Shown: positions 8,061 to 15,913 of the stretch, one piece after another | How positions within the stretch are numbered: position 1 is the stretch's first letter | Layout of the letters: each line of letters begins with the position of its first letter | From: SAR324 cluster bacterium | GTDB lineage: Bacteria > SAR324 > XYD2-FULL-50-16 | Assembly (NCBI GenBank): GCA_028282885.1 | Contig: JANQGX010000058.1 | Span: 68,078-132,077, forward strand | Direction: 5' to 3' | DNA length: 64,000 nt | Made by a program: the position numbers and the translations under genes | Notes under the pieces: model-generated | Told to the model about the DNA's origin: nothing | The model's database searches: none | The model's input: only the letters and a program-made list of their open reading frames with translations

Positions 8061-10220
8061 TCAGACAGTTCCTTCCAAAGCGCGATTTGCTTTTACTGAC
8101 TTGACAGTGTTGAGTTTGCTTAAAATTTTGTCCAGTTGTTCGGAACCATCGACTGTTATCGTGATGTCCTGAACACTTTTGTTGTCGACCAACTTCAGAT
8201 TATTCTCAAGCAGGGAGACTTTTGCTGAGGCCAGAACTTTCATGATCTGTAGATTGGTCTTTATCAGATTGTCGAATGTCAGTTTGATTCTGACAGGAAG
8301 TTTCTCCGCAGCCGATTTAATCCATTCAACCTCAACCAATCTTTCCGGATCGAAGCTCTTGGATCTGATGTTTTCACAATCAGCGAGATGCACCGAAACA
8401 CCTTGCCCTTGAGTGACAAGACCGACGATTTCGTCACCTTTAACCGGGTTACAGCAGTTCGCATATTTTACCATCATGTTCTCAATCCCCGCTATTCGGA
8501 CAGCTCTTTTTCTCTTGCTGTCATCCCTTGCAACAGCCGGCTTATGCGGTCGTTTCGAAATCTGCTGCCGTTCTGCCGGTGCAACGAACAACTGGTCAAG
8601 GTCTTCCGGATCAGCCTTACCGTAGCCAAGGTGGATAAAATAGCTGTTGATATCGGCATAACCGCCATCTGACAAGTAACGTTTTAATTCCGGAGATTTT
8701 AGAACATCGCGGGATCTTTTACCCAGTTTTGCTACTCTTTCATTGAACAGCTCCTTGCCCAGCACTTCAGCATGCTCCCTTTCTTCCTTTCTCAGAAAAG
8801 AGCGAATTTTGGCAAGAGCTCTTGAGGTCACTGCATAGTTAAGCCAATCCCTGGACGGATGCTGTTTTGATGAAGTTAACACCTCGACTTTGTCGCCATG
8901 TTTGAGCTGGGTTCTGATTGAAACGTTTCTCCCGTTTATTTTCGCACCGGTGCAGGTTTGTCCGATCTCTGTGTGTATTGCATAAGCAAAATCAATGACG
9001 CAAGCTCCTGATTGCAGCTTAACAATCTTGCCCTTTGGGGAGAAAACATAAACAAAATCAGAATAGAGCTCCCTGGTAAAGATATCCAGAGATTCCCTGG
9101 CATCGCTGGCAACATTAAGGCTGTTGATCAGATCCTGCAACCATGAGGTTCTCTCACCGGCTGTCGGAGCCTCGTTATTGTCTGCCTTGTAAGCCCAATG
9201 GGCGGCAACTCCCCTCTCTGCTATACTGTCCATTTCAAATGTCCTGATCTGGACGTCGAAACCGATACCGTCACTCGTATACACATCAATATGGAGTGAC
9301 TGATAATTATTCGGCTTGGGAAATGAGATATAGTCTTTGAAACTCTCGGTTACCGGGCGATAATGGCTGCTAATCAAGCCAAGCACCTTGTAGCATTCAT
9401 CTATATTGTTGACGATAATCCGAGTACCCAGCAGATCATGAAGGTTCTCGTAGTCGATATTGTTTCTGCGAGACTTCATGAAAATGGAATAATTATGTTT
9501 GATTCTGCCTTTGACCTTTCCTTTAATTCCGTTATGAAGAAGTAGGTTGGAAATCTCCTGGTAAAGCCGTTCCAGGGTCTTTGTATGCACATCCTTATTG
9601 TCAATGCAGAAGTCCTCTATCTCTTTATGTTCCTTCGGATGAGAATAGGAAAAACAGAGATCCTCCAGCTCTATTTTTATATGAGACAAGCCCAATCGAT
9701 CTGCGATGGGAGCGTATATCTGCAAGGTTTCCTTGGCGAGAGAGGTCATTCTCAGATTCTCCGGCCGGTTGCCTTGTCTCATTCTTACCAACCTGGCTGC
9801 AAGACAGACAAATATGATGCGGATGTCCTTTGATGAGGCAAATACCATCTGACGCATCTTTTCCGCAATCCGCTGCTTTTCATCCTGAATATCGGAAACC
9901 GCCCTGATATTGTGCATCCCGGCAATAATGCTGGAAGTCTCGCTCCCCAGCAAGTCCTCAATCTCATCTATGCTGATCTTACCTGCATCCAGAACTCCGT
10001 TCAGTAAACCCGAAACAATGCATTGAATGTCAAGTTTCAACTTGACGAGAATGCTGGCAATCTCAAGGGCGATCTGTAATTGATTTCGCGGGAAAAGCTT
10101 CAGATAAGACTGGGCTTTTGCAGCAAGAACATACGCTTTCTGGATCGGACTACAGTCGATTTTATTGTCCGTATACTCTTTAAACGTAGCAATAATCTCT
10201 TCGATTCGGATGACTTGCAT
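8061..10220 (-). CDS. Long RelA/SpoT homolog (SYNTH-TGS-ZFD-ACT) with degenerate HD domain
   Basis: YAPIADRLG, GRIKH.YSI, HDLLGTR, KDYI..PKPNNYQSLH, GVAAHW.YK, TGS DFAYAIHT and CCNPVKGD...H..DC. Confidence 0.93.
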   Translation of the reverse strand: MQVIRIEEIIATFKEYTDNKIDCSPIQKAYVLAAKAQSYLKLFPRNQLQIALEIASILVKLKLDIQCIVSGLLNGVLDAGKISIDEIEDLLGSETSSIIAGMHNIRAVSDIQDEKQRIAEKMRQMVFASSKDIRIIFVCLAARLVRMRQGNRPENLRMTSLAKETLQIYAPIADRLGLSHIKIELEDLCFSYSHPKEHKEIEDFCIDNKDVHTKTLERLYQEISNLLLHNGIKGKVKGRIKHNYSIFMKSRRNNIDYENLHDLLGTRIIVNNIDECYKVLGLISSHYRPVTESFKDYISFPKPNNYQSLHIDVYTSDGIGFDVQIRTFEMDSIAERGVAAHWAYKADNNEAPTAGERTSWLQDLINSLNVASDARESLDIFTRELYSDFVYVFSPKGKIVKLQSGACVIDFAYAIHTEIGQTCTGAKINGRNVSIRTQLKHGDKVEVLTSSKQHPSRDWLNYAVTSRALAKIRSFLRKEEREHAEVLGKELFNERVAKLGKRSRDVLKSPELKRYLSDGGYADINSYFIHLGYGKADPEDLDQLFVAPAERQQISKRPHKPAVARDDSKRKRAVRIAGIENMMVKYANCCNPVKGDEIVGLVTQGQGVSVHLADCENIRSKSFDPERLVEVEWIKSAAEKLPVRIKLTFDNLIKTNLQIMKVLASAKVSLLENNLKLVDNKSVQDITITVDGSEQLDKILSKLNTVKSVKANRALEGTV

Positions 10221-10264
10221 GCGCCTCTTTATACACAGATTACTGTGACAAAATCAGGTTAGGC

Positions 10265-10840
10265 TTAACAATCTGCAGCGCTGTTGGATACGATTTTCTT
10301 AAATGCTTCTACCGCTTTTTCCAACACATCATTTACGATGACGTGGTCGTACTTGTCCTTGTGGCTCATTTCGCTCTTGGCATTATCAATGCGTTTTGCC
10401 AACGATTCAGGAGTCTCAGTATTGCGTTCCTCCAAACGCCGCTTCAGTTCTTCGAGTGAAGGGGGTTCTATAAAGATATACCGTGTTTGCAGTCCTTCAA
10501 TATTCCTGATCTGTAGCGCACCTTGAACATCGATGTCGAGAACAACAATCTTTCCCTGTTGCATCAACTTTTCGATCTCCTCTCTTGAAGTCCCATAGTA
10601 ATTCCCGTGAACTTCCGCCCATTCCAGGAAATCACCGTTTTTGATCTTGTTCCTGAACTCGTCGGCAGAGATAAAAAAGTAGTCTTTGGCGTGTTGTTCT
10701 CCCGGGCGCGGGGATCTGGAGGTATGTGAGACAGACAATACCAGTTTGGGAATGGATTTTTTTGCGCTTTTTATGATTGTCGTCTTTCCTGCTCCGCTTG
10801 GTGCAGAAACGACAAACAGCGTGGGCTGGTTGATCTCCAT
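10265..10840 (-). CDS. gmk: Guanylate kinase
   Basis: SAPSGAGKTT, SVSHTSR.PRPGE, EWAEVHGNYYGT and DIDVQG. Start placed at ATG 10840. Confidence 0.96.
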   Translation of the reverse strand: MEINQPTLFVVSAPSGAGKTTIIKSAKKSIPKLVLSVSHTSRSPRPGEQHAKDYFFISADEFRNKIKNGDFLEWAEVHGNYYGTSREEIEKLMQQGKIVVLDIDVQGALQIRNIEGLQTRYIFIEPPSLEELKRRLEERNTETPESLAKRIDNAKSEMSHKDKYDHVIVNDVLEKAVEAFKKIVSNSAADC

Positions 10841-10882
10841 GGATCGATACAACTCTTTTCCAGTGGAAGGGTACAGTGTCAG

Positions 10883-10912
10883 GACAGTTTTCAACAGTTG
10901 CTGAAAACTGCC
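10883..10912 (-). terminator. Stem-loop between the rhodanese-NifU gene and gmk
   Basis: Minus strand GGCAGTTTTCAGC-AACT-GTTGAAAACTGTC forms a ~13-bp stem with G-U pairs. There is no clear U tract, so it may be a processing or stability element. Confidence 0.4.
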
Positions 10913-10922
10913 ACCTGTCATG

Positions 10923-11525
10923 TCATGCCATTACAACATCAATTTCATGATTTAAGGAAGTACTCAGCGTATTCCTGATAAAATTCAATGTTCCTGTTGC
11001 CGCGCTCGCGCAACCCTGACACGCTCCCTGATAGTGAATATACACCTTATCTTTTTCAATCTTGACAACCTGCAGGCCACCACCGTCAGAAGCAAGAACC
11101 GGTCTGACTTTTTCATCAAGAGTGTTTTCGATTTTATTCTGCCACTCTTCTTCCGGGTAATCACCCAAAATTATCTCATCATTTGAGTTTTTCAGCGCTG
11201 ACAGCAATTGCTCAATGCCACCTTCCACATATGAAACATCGGTGAATTTATTATCAACCAAAAGTTTTACGGATTCGGCCGTCTTTTGGTCATCACCATC
11301 CGCATACAGAATTACCTGGGCGTAGGGTGGGATTTGCGTTAGATTGGTCTTGAGATACTCTTCAGGAAACGAATAAGAACCAATCAAATGCTCGTTTGCA
11401 TAGTCCTCCTTCGATCGGATGTCCAGAATGATCGGAGGCATTTTCTTCTTTCTTTCCTTCAGGCACTGATCTGGCTTGATAGCATGCCGCGCTGCATCAA
11501 ACACGTTCTTGTTTGTAAATTTCAT
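10923..11525 (-). CDS. Rhodanese-like domain fused to NifU_C (NfuA-like Fe-S carrier)
   Basis: ILDIRS.EDY..EHLIGS is rhodanese-like. VRPVLASDGG...YQGACQGC is NifU_C with CxxC. Confidence 0.85.
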   Translation of the reverse strand: MKFTNKNVFDAARHAIKPDQCLKERKKKMPPIILDIRSKEDYANEHLIGSYSFPEEYLKTNLTQIPPYAQVILYADGDDQKTAESVKLLVDNKFTDVSYVEGGIEQLLSALKNSNDEIILGDYPEEEWQNKIENTLDEKVRPVLASDGGGLQVVKIEKDKVYIHYQGACQGCASAATGTLNFIRNTLSTSLNHEIDVVMA

Positions 11526-11553
11526 TTTGATATCTTCTCTTTGACGATTGCCA

Positions 11554-11748
11554 TTAGACCGCTACCGAAACCTTGCCTGAACGAATGCAACTCGTACAAA
11601 CCTTCATCGTGACGTGATTACCGTTGGGCTTCTTCACGTGAACCTTCTGCAGATTCGGTAGCCACCTCTTCTTGGTTTTATTGTGGGCATGACTGACATT
11701 GTTCCCTGTTATGGGCCCCTTGCCGCATACTTCGCATTTATTTGCCAT
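11554..11748 (-). CDS. rpmB: 50S ribosomal protein L28 (Zn-binding C+ type)
   Basis: CEVCGK...[20 protein letters not shown]...VCTSCIR. Confidence 0.97.
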   Translation of the reverse strand: MANKCEVCGKGPITGNNVSHAHNKTKKRWLPNLQKVHVKKPNGNHVTMKVCTSCIRSGKVSVAV

Positions 11749-11948
11749 TGTTATTATAACCTAGTGTTGCCTGCTATGTTAACTGACTAAATTAAAAATT
11801 ACTGCTGATCTTCCTTGGGCTCCCTCCCCTGCTTAATCCAGCTTACTTTCAGAGTGGAGAAGGTCGAACTTTCTATAAATTATCACTTTAACAGTAATAA
11901 GGTTATAGAGCAACGACTAAATTCAATAATTCAGAGCAATATCAATGG

Positions 11949-11978
11949 GAGGTAACAGGTGATAATAACCGTTACCTC
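11949..11978 (-). terminator. Stem-loop just downstream of the 11994-13121 gene
   Basis: GAGGTAAC...GTTACCTC inverted repeat with an inner GGT/ACC pair. Confidence 0.4.
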
Positions 11979-11993
11979 ATGTTGTAGGAATTT

Positions 11994-13121
11994 TTAAATA
12001 TGGAGACAGTTCAGGTAGGTATTGAGGAGTATTTCTCTAACCTCTTTGATAACGATATTTCTGTCAAAGTACTTTTTATCAATGTCGATCAGGTGCCAAT
12101 ATAGTCCATCCGCTATGTATTTTATCATTCCCTTGGGTTCAGTCTCTTTGAAATCCGGATCTATAATCTTTTCAATACAACCGTTGTAAAGACTGATCTC
12201 TTTTTTCATCAGGTTTGCTATCTCTTCTCTTTCGATTTTGGGGAGTTCCAGATTAAAATCGAGTTGAAAGGTTTTAAGACAGCTTTTCCAGACCACAAAT
12301 ACGAACTCTTTGTAGCTGTAATTCTGATTAAATCTCTTGATGAGATCGGCTTTCTCGTCCAGTTTTTTTAGTCTTGCTTCCTGTTCGCGTTTGAGTCTGG
12401 CACTGTTTCTGGTCGTCGCAAATCGGACGAGATCTGCAGCTTCTTTATGATTGTCTACCGCGACACCGTATTTCACATAAACTGGCTTGTTGATGTATCC
12501 TTGGTAGAGGGTTTCAAAGATTTCCTTTGAAGCACCCATTTCCATGATCAGATTCTGGAAGGAGGTGTTTAATGCGATGCCTAAGGAAGTCTGATTATGT
12601 CCTCTTTTTCGCATATCTTCCGCTTTCGATATTAACAGGTCCAGTTTATCGAAAAACCCTTCCGGGTCATGACTTCTCCGAACTGATATGCTTTGGAGAT
12701 AATCCGTGATTGTCTTTTTAATTTCATCATTCGAGAGGATGAGGAAAATACTGTGATTCTTGATGGTGCCCCTGGCCCTAACTCCTCCCTTCTCTGTCTC
12801 ATTTTCGTAGAAGCAGATGTATTTCAAAGATTTGCCATAGTTCGATACTGCAATCTGGTCGACCTTGAGTTTAACCTGCCTGAAACTGAGATTTTTCTTT
12901 ACCGGAACTTTTTCTGCATACGAGAATCCTGTTTCACTAATATCGCAGACGGCAAAGTTCTTACCCTTTACGGAGGCTTTTAACCCGGCCATTCTGTTCG
13001 TGATCAGGTCAAGCCTGTCGGCCCTACCGCTATACTTTGGATGTCCCATGGACAGCTTTTTAGCGGTTTTCTCCGGATAGAGTGTTTCAAATTTTCGATC
13101 TTGTCGTCCGTTGTTATTCAT
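11994..13121 (-). CDS. Hypothetical protein with N-terminal PilZ-like motif
   Basis: 375-aa ORF. GRADR...FAVCDISETGFSY matches the PilZ DxSxxG motif, but the RxxxR motif is incomplete. The C-terminus is helical. Confidence 0.7.
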   Translation of the reverse strand: MNNNGRQDRKFETLYPEKTAKKLSMGHPKYSGRADRLDLITNRMAGLKASVKGKNFAVCDISETGFSYAEKVPVKKNLSFRQVKLKVDQIAVSNYGKSLKYICFYENETEKGGVRARGTIKNHSIFLILSNDEIKKTITDYLQSISVRRSHDPEGFFDKLDLLISKAEDMRKRGHNQTSLGIALNTSFQNLIMEMGASKEIFETLYQGYINKPVYVKYGVAVDNHKEAADLVRFATTRNSARLKREQEARLKKLDEKADLIKRFNQNYSYKEFVFVVWKSCLKTFQLDFNLELPKIEREEIANLMKKEISLYNGCIEKIIDPDFKETEPKGMIKYIADGLYWHLIDIDKKYFDRNIVIKEVREILLNTYLNCLHI

Positions 13122-13149
13122 TCTCTTCAGACAAAAAATTATAAGAGTA

Positions 13150-15726
13150 TTATGAAATATCAGATGGGGATAACAGTTGCAGTAGATTTCTTATGGATTC
13201 CTGCCTCATATCGGCATATTCGGCACTTCCCCCGGATCCTGAATCACTTTGAGCTCGTTGATCTGTAAGCAGTTTTAACGTTTCCCGGTGTTTTTTAATC
13301 TCCTGTACCAATTGCATGCTGTTGCTGGCAAATACATCCAGGATTTCCAGAAAAAGCTTATTGGCAACTTCGGTGCTCTCATGATTGTCCGGATGTAGAA
13401 TGGGGAGAAGGTTGAGATACGGTTTCCCGCTGGTAATGGGATTTTGTTTCTGCCAGCGCTCCTTGATGAATTCCGAAACAAGCGGGGTGAGCTGTTCAGC
13501 CAGGATATCAAGGACCGGACGTGGTTCATCTCCCGGTAGCTTGGACACTACTTTATTTAAAACAGGGATCTGATCGGTCAGTTCAAACAGTAGGTTTCTC
13601 CACCTGGTATAGGCCTGGTTTCCTCGCTGTTCGATTGACATTTCCGGGAAATCCTTGGTTGCCAAACGTAAGAAGAAGTTATAAATCCGCTTGGACAGTT
13701 TGTTGGAAACAAGAATTTCGTTCGGATCCAGTTTCAAACCGATGGTACTGCCAAGCCATCCCACGATTCTCTGGTAGTCCGTTTTTGCAAGCTTCAAGGC
13801 TTTCTGCTCGAAAATCGCTATTTTTTCCGAGCGAAGTATTCCGTTTTTTATCTCAGTCCATTCGTCCACTGCAGCATCTCTTTTTTCAAGCAAATCAAGA
13901 AGATAACTGATATGGTTGTCAATAAACCACTGCATCAACGGAAGGTGCTGTTCTACAAACACAGTATTGTCAGGGTTGGGAAATCTCTCCCAGGGAAGTT
14001 TGTTTCTTGAGACGACCATGACGAGAGAGTCTTCTTCAGTCAGCAATGAATATCTGTCTTCCTCTTCAATTCCCGGATCCTCGATTTTAGAATTCCAGTA
14101 TTCACCACCGATAGGCGAACAGGCTTTGATGGAAAGAAGCCTGTTATCCTGTTGTTTCAAGGCAATATCTCCGGTTAACGGAAACCAGATCTGGTCTCTC
14201 AATTCACTCTCCTGAATTGTATCACCTTTTTCAACGCCACAGAGATAAAAGAGATTGTTTAAGACCTGTTTGGAGAGATATTCCGTCTGAAAATTGCTTG
14301 CCTTGATTATACCAAAAAACGCCTGGGTCATTTTCTCACGCGTGAACTGGGTTCGATGCGCTTTAATCATGTTGTTATAATTTGGAAACGTGTTCTCCGA
14401 AAACTTGATGACACCAAGCGTCTGCCCGTCAATAGAAGGTGATGAATCTCGATAATGATGCACCCCACGAATAATCGTTGAGATATGACTCTTGAGTAGG
14501 CCGGGATCAATCTGTGACTTTTTATCGGTTTCGCCCAGGGATATGTTTCTGGATTTCACTTCATCCAAAAATTTCTGCATTTTAACAACTGACGAGTTAA
14601 AATTGTTTTCACAATCTGCGGCCACCAACGCACATTTCTGCCCGACTTGTGCCAGTAAACGGCGGGGATTACTGACTTTATACATCTTATAGAAGAATTC
14701 CAAATAGAGCGGCAGATTGAACTCATTTGATCTCTCCCCTTTCCCAAAAAAAGAAGATGGCGGGTTTTTTTTATTAATTCCTTTTTTTAAGAGCCTGGAT
14801 TCAAACTTTTTCTGCAATTGATTTTGCAACCCGATCAATCGCATTCGATAAATGTTGGGATTAAACAGTTCAAGATCAAGGGGAGGAATCGGTTTTTTAT
14901 CATCCGGAAGGCTTTTTGTGACTCTTGCCGATATCTCGGTCAGCGTGTTTCGCCATTCCAGTTTCATCCTGATAATATGCTTTTGATCCGTGGCGTTTTT
15001 ATATTTGTGCTCGAAATAACGTCTTAGATAGGAGTGCAACGATTTTGCGTTGATTTGGACCTGTCTTGGCCAGTCCATTCCAATTTTGGATACAACATAG
15101 CTTTGGGCTATCTTCCAGGCATCAGCATCCCAATTGGGGTCGATTCTGTTGTCGAGTTGTTTGGCGTAGATCTGTTGATTGATCGCCTGAATTGTGTTGC
15201 TGGCCTGCTCCCACAGTGATTTCTGGAGATAGATGAATTCGAACAGTCTCTCCTGTACTGTTTGAAACACATTTTCATAAACTCTTTTCTCCTGATTGAA
15301 GCTCTCATCGGAAATCGTGCTGTCCTTAAAGTCCCTGATGAAACTTCCCATAGGAATTTTGAAGACCAGAGCGGGCTGATCGCTTGAAATTCGGATTGTT
15401 GCAGCCCTTTCCGAGTTCTCGGCGATGATTCCTTTGTCACCTACCAGAGTGGGTGATTGCATTTGTACGACGACCTGATCTCCAACCAATACATCAATGG
15501 TACCGCTACAGAGAAGGAAAAAATCCCTTCCGGATTCTCCCTGAATTATGATATCCGAGCCTTTCTCAAAGAAACCGAACTCTAATTGGTCTTTGAGTTC
15601 CTGCCCCAAGGTTTCAATGCAACCACGGGTTAACGGATAGCTGTTGAGCAAGTCAATGGACGTCTGGACGGCTCTGGTATCCGTGCCTTTTAACAAGTGG
15701 TAAAGATTGGTTTCCCAATTCGACAT
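13150..15726 (-). CDS. Large cyclic-nucleotide-binding domain protein, internally duplicated
   Basis: FEKGSDIIIQGESGRDFFLLCSGTIDV...GDKGII...ERAATI is a cNMP domain, and a second degenerate copy lies mid-protein. AGGAG RBS. Confidence 0.85.
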   Translation of the reverse strand: MSNWETNLYHLLKGTDTRAVQTSIDLLNSYPLTRGCIETLGQELKDQLEFGFFEKGSDIIIQGESGRDFFLLCSGTIDVLVGDQVVVQMQSPTLVGDKGIIAENSERAATIRISSDQPALVFKIPMGSFIRDFKDSTISDESFNQEKRVYENVFQTVQERLFEFIYLQKSLWEQASNTIQAINQQIYAKQLDNRIDPNWDADAWKIAQSYVVSKIGMDWPRQVQINAKSLHSYLRRYFEHKYKNATDQKHIIRMKLEWRNTLTEISARVTKSLPDDKKPIPPLDLELFNPNIYRMRLIGLQNQLQKKFESRLLKKGINKKNPPSSFFGKGERSNEFNLPLYLEFFYKMYKVSNPRRLLAQVGQKCALVAADCENNFNSSVVKMQKFLDEVKSRNISLGETDKKSQIDPGLLKSHISTIIRGVHHYRDSSPSIDGQTLGVIKFSENTFPNYNNMIKAHRTQFTREKMTQAFFGIIKASNFQTEYLSKQVLNNLFYLCGVEKGDTIQESELRDQIWFPLTGDIALKQQDNRLLSIKACSPIGGEYWNSKIEDPGIEEEDRYSLLTEEDSLVMVVSRNKLPWERFPNPDNTVFVEQHLPLMQWFIDNHISYLLDLLEKRDAAVDEWTEIKNGILRSEKIAIFEQKALKLAKTDYQRIVGWLGSTIGLKLDPNEILVSNKLSKRIYNFFLRLATKDFPEMSIEQRGNQAYTRWRNLLFELTDQIPVLNKVVSKLPGDEPRPVLDILAEQLTPLVSEFIKERWQKQNPITSGKPYLNLLPILHPDNHESTEVANKLFLEILDVFASNSMQLVQEIKKHRETLKLLTDQRAQSDSGSGGSAEYADMRQESIRNLLQLLSPSDIS

Positions 15727-15913
15727 AAGTCGGTTTCTCCTGAAGTAACAGAAATTCGACTGAAAGAGTTAGCATGCCCGAAGCGCAGGTCGGGTTGTCT
15801 TGGTTAAAATCGAATACTGATTAACTATTCCTTTTATATTCTGAATATCCCAAAGAAGGTGAATTATCAACAATGATGCTTGTAACAGTTTGAAGAGAAA
15901 AGATTTCAATGTT

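Noticed and set aside
10841-10921. N-terminal extension of gmk in the ORF track (similarly trpC, ihfB, gmhB and the SDR)
   Set aside because: Family similarity and, where visible, RBS positions support downstream start codons. The gmk extension runs through a hairpin.
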